In this document: in pieces, positions 14,082-26,800 of the stretch | Layout: each line of letters opens with the position of its first letter | Numbering within the stretch: position 1 is the first letter of the stretch | Source: Antedon mediterranea | Lineage: Eukaryota > Animalia > Echinodermata | Assembly (NCBI RefSeq): GCF_964355755.1 | Contig: NC_092674.1 | Location: 7,192,001-7,256,000 of the forward strand | Direction: 5' to 3' | Length of the DNA: 64,000 nt | Position numbers and translations under genes: made by a program | Notes under the pieces: model-generated | Database searches by the model: none | What the model was told of the DNA's origin: nothing | Seen by the model: the letters and a program-made list of their open reading frames with translations, nothing else

Positions 14082-15470
14082 GTGTAGAATAGGTGAAATT
14101 ACGGGACCCGCTATTTATTGCACTTTTTAACATGTTGACGGTTTTAAAATGGAACGCGAAGGTAGCAATTCCGAAAGGAAATTATCTCAGCAACAACGTA
14201 TTAGCGTGTAGAAGAAATTTGAATACGTGAAATATTGATGCGCGCTCTTTTAAATGTAATGAATTATGACGCAAAAGATGAAAATACGACCTTTTTTATT
14301 TAACTGGCCATATGATGACGTCACAACATCCGATTGGCAACATTTTTACATAATTTCGTATCTGCAATCCAATAGCTTCCAGAAAAAGTTTTAATCGTGA
14401 TTATCACATTTTATTCTTACGAGCTATAACAGATTAAAATTTACTGTAAAGATGAAATTGATGCCACACGTGATTTAAATTTTTAGGCATGATGACGTCA
14501 AAAAAATTAAAATATTTTTATCTCATGCGAAAGATAGTTGATTGACCTAGACAATATCAAAATCGGGGTGAAAATGGAAAACGAATAAGTGGAGATGCGC
14601 TCTATTCAATGTGATGAGCTATGACGAAAGATACAAAAATCCTAAATTGTATATTCGCGTGGCCATACGATGACGTCACAATGTCCGGTTAGCCATATTA
14701 ATACCTGATCCGATATCTACAACTCATCTACTTCCAGAATATGTCATCCACAAAAAGTTGACCGTCTAGTTTAGAAATTACGACTGTTTTAAAAAAGGCA
14801 TATTTTAAACGAATTTTTTAACCTTTTCATAAAAAACGCGCGCAAATTGTCCAATTCGACGTGCTCGTATGACGTATCTTTAAGTCAAAATTGTTTAAAA
14901 TTTGGTAAAATTACTAGAAAAGGCTGGAAAAACATAAATCACGCGAAAAAAATACGTTTTCAATGCTACGTGCGCACCGCACACGTAAAAATGTGCGCAC
15001 GCGTGGGAATTTTTTACATGCTTAAAACGACATGAAACGCGTAGAAAGTTGATTATAAATTAATTTTGCGCATTTTGAAATTTTAAATGCGCGTGCGCGC
15101 GTAAATTTGTGTAAAACACGCAATTTTTTTTCAACAGAAATTTAGCGCATGATATAAATTAAACTTTTGCAAAGTTTCACTTTAAAATGTTATTTGGTTT
15201 TTGACATATGTTAAATACGAGAAAATCGTTAAATCGCGCGTACGTCACGTTGCGCAATTGTAAACATCATGAAAAGCTTCGCTTGACGACGTTACATAAA
15301 TGTCAAAATGTTAACATAGTTAACAAAATGTTATGTTTGCAAGTTTTAGAGAAAAGCGTTACACAAAAATCATACAGAAAGAAAGAAGATTAAGAAAAAG
15401 ATGATGATGATGATGATGATTTCGTACAATCACAAGAGGTTATCCTGCAACTTCGTTGCGGATAACCAAT
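14082..15470 (-). mobile_element. Helentron/HINE-like non-autonomous element
   Basis: CpG-rich block with terminal hairpin GGTTATCC-TGCAACTTCGTTGC-GGATAACC (15438-15467), adjacent (GAT)n microsatellite and internal degenerate repeats (GATGACGTCACAA near 14314 and 14669); related end near 26866-26940. Left boundary approximate. Confidence 0.55.
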
Positions 15471-15693
15471 TACAGATTATTTGACAGTTGGCCAAGCCTA
15501 TAGAATTGTTTGACACAGTTGTCATGGCAACAGGAGCCTGTAACTGACTCCTCGTACTGGGTTTCACCCTTGGGCCAAAAATATTTCAACTTGCATCAAA
15601 ACAAGTAAAGATTTTATTTATAAGTATTCCTTGTTCATCAGTTATCTATATTTTTGGGTAAATTACTGTACATGAACTCTAATATTTATTTAA

Positions 15694-16018
15694 AGATGTA
15701 TTGTCCCCCTGACAAATTTTTGTAAACATTTTTTTGTTGAATATTCCATTTTAATGTCACATAATAATTATCCACATTGACCAAAAATTGAATCGAAAAC
15801 AAAATGTATTTACCTGAAAAAACTGTAATTTTAAGCAAAAAATGGTCAAATTGTCTGCCAGCCAATGGATTTTGGTGAAATTTAACAATTTATTTTGTCA
15901 CTTTATTCCACTTTTTTGTTTAAAGAAGTGATTAACTTTATTAAAACTACAATATAACACATTCAAAGTCTGATTTAATTAATCTTCATTTACCTTGTTT
16001 TTTGGGGACACTACATCT
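15694..16018. mobile_element. Kolobok-like MITE
   Basis: TTAA on both sides, AG...CT termini, 15-bp TIR AGATGTA(T/G)TGTCCCC. Confidence 0.8.
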
Positions 16019-17884
16019 TTAAATGAGGATTTAATAATAGAATTATTGGCTGTCGATCATAGTTGTCTTAAGATTGAATATCTTGATACATTTTGATGAA
16101 GATAAATAAATGAAAGTTGAACTTCAAGAATTAAAAAAAAATGGAAATTGTATGATTTTAATATGTATGGAATATGTATTAGATTTCATTAAATGGTTTC
16201 AGTTTAATAAAATTCATTTTTCCAAAATTGTGAATTAAATAAAACGCTCATGTTAATACAGTATATGTATTTGTAATGGTTTATTTAATCATTCTCAACT
16301 TCTACCTGTAGTTACATGCAAACATATCAGGGATTCCTTTACGAGTGGTATAACTTTACTGACCTGTTTTTCCCCTCAAGAATTATGAATTAGTAAAATG
16401 AAACCAATTGCTGCTGTAAATCTAAACTTCTCGGAAAAACATGACTAAAACAAATATCCATGTTTGGTTGGGCATAAGTTTGCCGGGGACACACAATTGG
16501 AAATCTAAAGTGTTTCACATCCTTTATGAATTCCAAAATAAGCTGATGATCTAAGCACTGTCAGTTACACAGTAGACATGATGAGTCATTCCCTGATGGT
16601 CTATCGTATGCAGCAGCCTTCTCATACTGCATGCTGCCGCCGTTGTCGTTACTACTATCTACCGGTTCCGTCTCACATGTTTTAATCAAGAAGAGGCAGT
16701 GTGAATCATGTGCCGTTTAATATTTGTACTATGAATCATTTCAAATTGTGTGCTCAGAGACATACAACTATCTTGTGAATTTATCGTTTTGAAAATTTAT
16801 CCTATAATATTCTTAGCATTTCTGGATTATAATTGGTTATATTTGTGTATGGATTATTATTAATTGAAAGGTAATTTATCATTATTGCTTGATGTTTAGT
16901 ATGTAGTAATTATTGTAAAACCTATGTTGAAGGTTAGGTCTGTGCTGTGTATTAATGCTATATACTATTATGACTACACCCTATGCCTTAGCCTAGACAA
17001 TCAGCTATATTAATTAATATTTATTTTTTTGTTTATCATACAGTATTTGAAACCTACTATAGTGTTAGTGAAGGTTAGGCTTTGTGAGCACTGTGTATAT
17101 ATTCTTAAATTTCACATACTGTACATCCTATGCCTTTTGGAAGCCTAGAGAATTCACTATATTATAATTAGCAATTATTTTTCAATTGGTTTATCTCATT
17201 ATACAGTATTTTATATACATCGTAATATGATATCATTAAAAATAAAAAATAATTTCCTATACTTTATCCAGCTGTTTAGATTTAAATCGTAATTTAGTTA
17301 TTTTTAAACAGAATGTATTCTTGAATTGTCAAGATTTCTTTGAAAATATAATTTATGAATAATTGAGGAAAAAATATGTCTTTGTCTATTGAGGAATTTT
17401 TTATTCATATATGAAGTATGTGTGGATATTAATGAATAGAGGCCAGATTTATTCATCTAATTTGTGTTGTTTGAAACCACTGAGGCGTTGAATTCCTAAC
17501 CATGTGGACACGCCTCCTTGAATATCAGTCATGCTTCACCGATTTCACACTACTTGAAGTAGGTGTGTCAAATCTTATATGAGGTGTTAATAATAATATT
17601 ATAAATGCGAATCAATTTGAACAATATTTATCAAAAAGAAAATTCTTTAAAATGTAAATCTATTTTTTGAAGTTGTCTAAATTTACTTGTCCCTCCATTT
17701 TAAAATTTGTTATTGTGAAGGAGAACTCCCCTTTTCGATGTTTTTATCACGATATTAAATTGAAATTTAAAAAAAAGATTATATCCAAAATTTGAAATGT
17801 TTCTACACTCAAAAAACAAGGTTGTAAGAATCTTCTAGAATTGGCATAAAAAAATAAAATTTAGACGGGATAAAAAATGTTTTC

Positions 17885-18782
17885 AATGGAGATCCGCCCA
17901 TCCCATCTACCACGCGACTACCAACCCATAGTGGTCTATAAATGGAGATCCGCCCATCCCATCTACCATGTGACTACCATAGTGGTCTATAAATGGAGAT
18001 CCGCCCATCCCATCTACCACGTGACTACCAAATGGAGATCCGCCCATCCCATCTACCACGCGACTACCATAGTGGTCTATAACTGGAGATCCGCCCATCC
18101 CATCTACCACGTGACTACCAAATGGAGATCCGCCCATCCCATCTACCACGCGACTACCATAGTGGTCTATAAATGGAGATCCGCCCATCCCATCTCCCAC
18201 GTTACTACCATAGTGGTCTATAAATGGAGATCCGCCCATCCCATCTACCATGTGAGTGAGTGGCCGAGCGGTTAAGACAGTGGAACCGTAATCACGTAGC
18301 CATAACATCGGCAGGGGTTCGAGGCTCACTCACTCCATGGTTCTGGTGGTAGAACGAGTCTTCTCGGATAAGGACTATAAACCGTAGGTCCAGTGTACAC
18401 AACTTGCTCGTGTGCACTTTAAAGAACCTAGTACATCTTTCGAGATGAGTAGGGGGTTACCCCGGTGTATTAGTACATCACAGCCACTGATCACCAACTG
18501 GGCCCTCTGGGAGATCAGTCTTTGACTGAAGAGGTTACCCAGTATAAAGATAAAAAAAACAAAAAAAAAAAACAAAACGTGACTACCAAATGGAGATCTG
18601 CCCATCCCATCTACCACGCGACTACCATAGTGGTCTATAAATGGAGATCCGCCCATCCCATCTACCATGTGACTACATAGTGGTCTATAAATGGAGATCC
18701 GCCCATCCCATCTACCATGTGACTACCATAGTGGTCTATAAATGGAGATCTGCCCATCCCATCTACCATGCGACTACCATAG
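17885..18782. repeat. Minisatellite of about 12 units (51-bp and 39-bp variants) interrupted by a SINE
   Basis: Unit AAATGGAGATCCGCCCATCCCATCTACCACGYGACTACC(ATAGTGGTCTAT). Confidence 0.95.
18252..18577 (+). mobile_element. tRNA-derived SINE with Deu/Nin-like central domain
   Basis: A box TGGCCGAGCGG, B box GGTTCGAG, core CGGATAAGGACTATAAACCG..TAAAGAACC..GAGTAGGGGG..CCCGGTGT, A-rich tail; second copy at 45200-45368. Confidence 0.85.
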
Positions 18783-21420
18783 TTCAAAACATAAATATTT
18801 TAATGTCACTCAATTATATTTTCCATAGAATCTCTTTGTTTTAGAGTGTTTGTGTTGCCGTTATACTTGGTTTTATTGGTTATTAATTATTAAACATTCA
18901 CTTCTTCTTTCGGTTTCTATGTTTAGTTTAGTTGATTTCTGTTTTATTTTATCATTTATGCGAGAGAGTCTCGTAAATGGTTGGGGCGTTGGTTTTATCG
19001 TTGGCATATTTCTTTGTTTCTTTATGCTATCGTACCTAATAATGGTGAGATTATTTTATACATTTTATTGAAATTTTAGTGTTGAATGTGTTTTATATAT
19101 ATAGTGTATTATTTTGATAGTACTTTTAAGTTTATTGGGGAACGTGGTATTGTAGGCTATCACAGGCAGACATTTTTTCAAATTAATGCTAGCAATGTGC
19201 TATGTACTGTACTGTACACTATTCATGTATGTATATTGTGCAATAGTCTAGGTTTATATAGAAGTTTCAGCCTTTGGTCACATTAGATCTATATTAGCAT
19301 TAGCGTTACTTTTTAGGGCTCTATTCAAAAGTTTCATCTTTGAACGATAAATGAAATTGACTAATTACTGTATTTGAACCAATTGTTCTTATACAGCATT
19401 ATTATGTACAGTAAATTCAACCCCATAACTAGAACTTTCTTCGAAAGTAGTTGCATGTTTTCCCGGATTTAAGAGAGTTGAATCTGTTTTTTCAAAATTA
19501 TTTTACAGATGTTTTACTGCAGTAACTAAACGAATGATAATGTATCAGTCACTGCAATACTAGATAATTAAACAGTATAAAACAGAATGTAGTTTACTGC
19601 AGTAACTGCTTTAGATTTTATTATTTTGACATGGTCCTTTTACCATACCATAGTGTATAGTACATGTCTAGACAGTGTATAACCTTAGGCCCATCTTCTA
19701 TGTCAGTCATAATAATATGTTAGCCTATTATTGACTATAGGCCATGGACACATTGACCCTTTATTACTGTGCAAAATTACTGGAAATCTATGATATAACA
19801 GACAAAGCTTTTTTTACTTGTTAACGGATGTAGATAAGACATTAGTTGTTCTTGTTAGAATTTGACCTAGATTCGTTTTTCAAATTCGAAATTAATCACT
19901 TTAACAAATCCCAGTATATAAATTATTTTATTGTAAGATTAGTATTTACTAAAAATTATACCAGTATACATTTTTAGTATATTTAATAAAATATTATTGT
20001 ATTACTTAGAAAAAAGCAATTTATAATGAACTTACCAATGAAATAATTAAATTTGATTGTTAATTACCAAGATACTGATAAAACTTTTGCAGTTTTCATT
20101 TTGTCAAATAATAGTTTTTATCTGTGATAAATGATTTATATCTCACACTAAAACAACCATACACGGGCTATACAGTCACATATTATAGTACTATATTTCA
20201 TTTATTTACACTGAAGGCTTTACCTCACTGGGTCACACACACACACACACACAGCACATTAAAGTTCAAAATTGACTATTTTTAAATGGGCATGTGAATC
20301 ATAATTAAATAACTATCTTTGATGTGTATGTATTTTTGCGATTAAAGGACATCTTTTTAATAAATAAGCATAAATATATTTTAATAAAGAATAATGATTA
20401 ATTTTAAAATGTCAAGCAGCGTTTTTTGTAAGAAATATTTCTTGTTTACAATTGCAATAACAAGAACAAATTTTCATTTTAATGCTCAATAGTTATTGTG
20501 TTTGGAATTGTATGTGAACGACTCCAGTTTCCCCAAAGTATTTTACTCTTTTAAAACATTAGTTTAGCGTAATCCAAGGATTTGGATGAATTCCTGAAAT
20601 TAACCCATAGAGACCAATGTGTCATTTTACGTAATGTTCGTTTTCTAGTCAGTTTGAATGAGTATGCTTTGTAGTAATAAAATCATGTGATGTGATGATC
20701 AGCCAATCAGAATTGAATAATGATGTACAACTGGTACTAATTTTATAATTGATTCTTTTTAAATTCTGTATAAGTAAGTAAGTATTATTTATTGCTTTCC
20801 AAGAACAGTACAATTTATAAAACAGCATAAAATATGAATGTTACTTAAAATAATACTAAACAAAAACTTTAAGGAAAAAACATGAAAAACAGGGGATAAC
20901 CCTGCCTTTTAAAAGGCTTGTTTCTAAAGGAGTCCCCAATAAATGTGTTTGTTAAATAATTAGTACTTAAAATATAAGAAATGATATAATAGTAATCGGG
21001 GCTCATCCTTACAGTAGGTTAGTTGAACTTGCTCATCTAGCTAGTAAACCAAATTTAATATTGAAAAATTCTTCTGGTCATAAATATATGACATTTTTTG
21101 TGAAAAAATGTCTGGCCAAAACGGGCTAGGCACTGGAAGGGTTTAACTGGTTATTGACCGACAGTGGACGACCTGTTCTAGAAATCAACTCTTGTGTTTT
21201 TTTGACATGAAAATGTACCGACTACTCACTGTGAGTACATATGTGAATGTTATTATGTAGATTTTATCCAGGATTAGAAAACCTATAGTATCTACAGTAT
21301 ATCTACAATCATATCTTGATCATTTATTTTGTATGTTTGGTCTGTCAAGCCTCCAGTGTTTGATCTTATTTACTAACAATCATAATTTCCAGGATGGAAG
21401 TTCATTTTGCTTGTACTGTA

Positions 21421-23051
21421 GGGCCTGTTTCTGCTGCATAAAAAATAACCGGTTAAAATCGGTGTGAATAAATTAAAATCGGTGTGAATAAATTAACTCC
21501 ATTTTCTTGGCAGCAGAAACAGGACACATTTGTGGTAACCGGTTAAAAGGCAGCGCAAAATAACCGGTTAAAAACACTAATTTAAATCGGTGTTAGAACG
21601 CCGTTTAACCGGTTATCGCTGAGCAATTCTTAGCTGCAACACGAAATAACGGTTATTTGATTGACAGTTGTGACCCCGGGTCAGATACCGTCGCATACGA
21701 TGTGTGTTTTCCTCGTGGTTTTGACAGTCGAACGAAGAAGTGAACATGTATGTGGATGAATGAAATCACAAGATATGTTATTCAGTTGTGGGGGGAGAGA
21801 AAGTACGGGGAAGGATGGCAGGCAATAGAAAAGAATCACAGATAATAAATAAGAGCATTTTTGCGAAAGTAAAAGAGGAGTTTGGGGTGGAGTTCCGGGG
21901 ACTACAACCCAAGCTAAGCAATTTGAGGCGTTAGTACACGCTCGCGAAGGGTATGGATGGTCCTATATAAACACCAAAACGGAAACAAAAGGAACTCAGA
22001 ATGTTGCAAATACCTACCAAACGATAGTAGATAATGGTTAATTAATTATGAAAACCCAAATTTGATAGCAAAAATCATCCGAATTTATGTTATAAACGAT
22101 GAATTTAGCAACAAAAACTTAATCCAAACGAGCATATTTATGGCACGCCCTTAGTGCCTTTAATAGGAGAACAATGAACATTCTTACTTTGATCGTTTTA
22201 CATAATATAATTTTTTAGAAAAACATCACATCGACCGAAAACAAAGGTAATCAGAGCCTTTGATAATATATTAAATATGATTTTATTAAGCATAGAAATG
22301 TGTTATTCTTTATGTTAGTACATAAATATACGAAATAATGTTCAATACTCATTATTTTATTAAAGGCACTATATGCGTGGATATTCTATGACTTGGATAC
22401 TCTCGTTTGATTTAAGTTTTTGTGGCTAAACTCATCGTTTTTAACATAAATTCGGACAATTTTTGCTATAAAAGTTGGGTTTTCATAATTAATTAACAAT
22501 TATCTACTCTCGTTTGGTAAGTATTGCAACATTCTGAGTCTCGTTTTTGTTTCCGTTTGGTGTTTTGTAGGACCGCGCTCGCGAAAGACAACAGTCGTTC
22601 ACGTGGGAAGGGCCGTATGTCATCGCCTTTGTTGAGGATAAAAATTATCCTAGTTTAGGCGATCGGGCGCTGCACGACCCTCCCCATCATGTTCTTGAAG
22701 GCGCCATGAGAATTAATTTTATTATCGATGTAAGTAGGCTTTACAAAAAAACAAAACTTGTAGACCTGGAGACAACATTTTATTTTTTTAACATGTTTGA
22801 GTGAGATGTTCGGCGATATAATACACACGTGTGTACTCACGACGTCGATGTAAACAAACAGCCAACTTCTACTTCCGTCTGAGTGTATTGCATTTTGGGT
22901 AATGATGACGTTTTGCTCGACGACCACCCATAGATTTAACCGGTTATTTCGGAGCACAAATTGAGCAGAAACGCGGTCTTGTTATTGTTATCTATTTTTA
23001 ATCTATTTTAAAATAACCGGTTAAATTGCGTTATGCAGCAGAAACAGACCC
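21421..23051 (+). mobile_element. PIF/Harbinger-type element with a decayed Myb/SANT (trihelix) ORF
   Basis: TIR GGG(C/T)CTGTTTCTGCTGCATAA, subterminal TAACCGGTTA repeats, pseudo-ORF W..EITRYVIQLWGE...KLSNLRR*YTLAKD..SRGKGR. Confidence 0.8.
21949..22575. mobile_element. Nested MULE-like foldback element
   Basis: About 200-bp imperfect TIRs; direct repeat CGCTCGCGAA at 21939-21948 and 22576-22585. Confidence 0.85.
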
Positions 23052-23750
23052 CTAGATAGTCAAATTCTAATGAACCTTGGATCTGACACTTTAATTAGAT
23101 TTTCATAAATCTGTGTGACATATATTTGACCCTTAATCCAGTCTGTTGTGCACAAGTATTGATTTCAAGAGCAGATACCATTTTGAAGCAATAAGCCTGT
23201 TTATTCAATTACTGTTGATATGTTATATTCATAATACTTGGTATATCAAAGTGTCAGATTTTTGTATATTCAATGTGAAAAATTTAGATTAATTATTCAT
23301 TTTAAAGGTGAAGATATATTATGATAGTTCTTGTTTTAATTGCCAAACTTGACCATTAATTGATACACAGTATTATATAACAGTAAACACCTAAAAAAAT
23401 TCCTGTCATTTGATTGGACGATTGTGGGTCACATAGGATGCAATAGTATGTACTATTTAACGATTGTGTAATAGTACTTTTTTCACTCTGGCTTCTCTTC
23501 TTGAAAATATAATTTCATCTTTCACCTCATAAAATTATTTGTACCATCACACTCGGAAACATTCATTATTTGTATAAACATTATACAACGGTTTAAACAT
23601 AAATGGTTTTTCTGACTCCGTTCTATTGCTATTTGTGGACCCTATAACTAGACCTCAAGAAAGATTGTTTTATTTTTGCATACTGATATATTGGTTTGTA
23701 ATTAAAAAATAACGTTTTTTTTTTCTCTGCAGGTTGTAGGAGAATGAGAA

Positions 23751-23813
23751 ATGTCGTTGTCAGAGCGACGCCCGTCAGTGCTTACACTAGCGAGCATAAA
23801 CTATCCTGATTTG
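23751..23813 (+). CDS. ELF: ELF long-isoform first coding exon ([21 protein letters not shown])
   Basis: Acceptor ttttctctgcAG before 23733, ATG at 23751, donor GTATGT at 23814; phase 0 matches next exon. Confidence 0.7.
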
Positions 23814-26800
23814 GTATGTTTCTCAAGTTATACTGTATTCTTGATAAAAGTAATAATCAAGTTGTATGTAGTTTGTAGATTGTTGATACGGAACGGGAAG
23901 AATTCCATAGTTGTCCACTGTGTTATAAGCAACTATTTAGTAGTGTCCCATACCAACATAGGCTGCCAAATACAAGGTTGAAACTCTATATTCTACCAGT
24001 CAAATGGGTGTGGTTGGTCGCTCTCTGACCTTTACCCTCTTCCCTACTCTAAATGCAAAGCGCTCGTAAAAACCATTTTGGTTGACTTGTGTGTACAAAC
24101 AATAATTGAATAGTTGAGAAGCACTGATAATTTCAGTATTATTTCTACTTAACTAATACCTACAACCTTGAACCTGCAATGATTTTTCAGCTATTTAATT
24201 TTTTATACAAGTTGTTGCATAATTTGTAAATACCGATTCCGCCTCTTTCACTTGATTCTACTATGCTATACCTGCTCGACATGTTTGTCTGATATATTCT
24301 CAATGAAACCCTTGTTTTGTAAGTAGAACAAGGCCCTATTGTGTGATAATAATTTAGCTAACTAATTGGTTACTAATTGCTCAAAGTGAAAATGATTTCA
24401 CATATTCGAAAGTATAATCATTTTGTCGTCAGTGTATGTAAAAAGATCACCTGTATGGAAATCTTGCCAGCTTAATTAACTTCTGTGTAGATAGGTGGTA
24501 GGGTGGATGTTTAACCTTCCCACTTTAATTGGTATTAAAGGGAATGTTTTAGGACTGTAGCTTAAATTTAGTATATGTTCCAAGCTCACCTTAATAAACG
24601 GACAATAGCCTATTTTCCGTGAAGAGACACAATACTAAAAAAATAAATTTGATATAATATCCCTATCCAATAAATGGTATAGTCTGCAAACCCAACCCCC
24701 AAATTGGAGCATTCCAAAATGATGTCATTAACTATACTGTCAATGTCATCAACTATACTGTCGATGTCATCAACTATACTGTCGATGTCATCAACTATAC
24801 TGTCGATGTCATCTAGACCTGCTAAAAAATGAGATAGATAAATTTGGTTATGTATCAACTTTTTCGTAGGTCGAACCAAACACCTTATGATTAGAAAAAT
24901 GCCTTCTTACCATCAGCAATTATACCACCTTTCTACTACTAAATACCTGTAAGGATTAATAGCCAATATTACCAAAAGCTACTGGTATTATTAAGTGTCA
25001 TAGCCCTATACCTGGTAGATAGAATACCAAGGTCATTGATACTTGACATCCATATAGACTTTGAACATCGTATTATAAAATTTAATAAGTAGAAGTTAAG
25101 CTGTTATTATTAATTACCATATTTCGCATACCCATTCTACATTCAATTGCCATATTTTTTAGATTTATCATTATTACATAGTGTGTATATTGTGTGTCTA
25201 TTTTGACGAAGTAAGAATTACCTTGTCCAATTTCAATGTGCTACATTTGGAATATATCGAAAAAAATCGGTTGGCCTAGGGCTGGCCCTGGGTTAGCACT
25301 TGATCCACAAATTTAGGCCGACTTAAGACTGCATACAGATGTGAACTGCCTCTTAGTGGCCCATCCATATCATTACCTTACCTTTCCCATTACAAAATGA
25401 CAAAAATTATAAGAATGGCAAGTAGTTTAAAAACTTGTCAGGAGTGAGACCCAGTCATCATAGCAAATTTCCCCACATTTGTCATCTAATTCTGTATTTA
25501 AGAATGGATCTTTTTTATTTTGTTTTACTTTTATAGTTGACATCTTGTATGGAACAAGGACCAGCCGTAATAGTACAAGCCACAGATGGACTACCTCTCA
25601 CCCCTATGCTATGCACGGCTCTGCAGAGCCCAGAAGAGGATTATCTAGGTGTCGAGGAAGCAAGAACCTTCAAAGAACTTGGTAAGTGGTCAATAAGTTA
25701 TTTTCGTAGGCCTACAGGCTCAGATGTAAGCCCATCCTCATGACATTTGATTCAGGTCATTGTGAAGTTATATAACCTTTGACCCATCACTTGCCTGATT
25801 TAAGGATACAGCATAAAGGTGACTGGGTTAGTTTTAGTAGTAATTTTTTTTTTCCACTTTTTTAATTTGTATTAAAAAAAATTGTAATACTACAAGGAAG
25901 TAGCGGAAGAAGATAGCCAAACAAAACAATGCATGTCTCATGAGGGGTCCTTTACTTCAAGTGCAGACACCAGTTATTATTGTTATAACTGTAAAAATGT
26001 GTATTAATGAATTAATGAATGGAAGGCATGCTTTTTTTGTCATCACGGTTGCAATCTCCTACCTGTGACCCGAAAAAAAAAATGAGATGCACGTTTTCCT
26101 TGCCACATAGCAATGAGTGTTCATAAAGAGTGAAGCAATACCAACACAAATCATTTTTGCACCACCAAATATGTTTTTTTCAAAACCGCACATTTGATGT
26201 GCACTCGTGTATATACAGTATATCTGATATCTATTTTATAAATATTTTTTCTTCAATTTTTGTTCTTCAGTCTTTGTTTAAATAAGTTATAGCAGACTAG
26301 GTTTATAATAATTGTCTATCAATTCTTTTGTTTTGTTTATCGGTCATTATGCCATATGTGTATATATCGTGTATGTTATCTTGGTACCAAGTCCAAATTG
26401 GTGATGTTGTGTGTGTTGTCTATTTTGTCTATGTTTATTTAGGTTTTTGTTTTTTTACTTGGAAAGGCAAATTACTGAAAAATTAAATTAGAAACAAACA
26501 ACTTCATATAACTGAATTTTTAACGTAAATTATGATTGCAGTTGGTATACAATAACATAGAAATAAATACAAAATATGATAATATTAATTATTTCATAAT
26601 TTTGTAGATTAACTAGGTCTATATTATGATGTAAATTTAATTACTGGCATAACAATTGAAAAGTATGGTTATTTAGCTTGGTAGACTAGGCAATTATTCA
26701 GCTATGGTTTGACCTTGTATCCTGGTTTTATATTAAACAAAAATGATATTGTTTTGACAACAACCATGAGGTTGCCAGTGTGTTTGACTATAGAGGGCAG

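Noticed and set aside
18252-18335. Possible tRNA gene
   Set aside because: A/B boxes continue into a SINE body and A-rich tail, and a second copy exists; it is a SINE head.
17877-18844. Repetitive ORFs (KWRSAHPIYH / DGMGGSPF) and CRISPR-like appearance
   Set aside because: Unit lengths of 51 and 39 bp are multiples of 3, so frames stay open by chance; there are no unique spacers or cas genes, and a SINE interrupts the array.
24610-24879. ORF with (DDIDSIV)n
   Set aside because: By-product of a 21-bp tandem repeat antisense in an ELF intron; no supporting gene structure.
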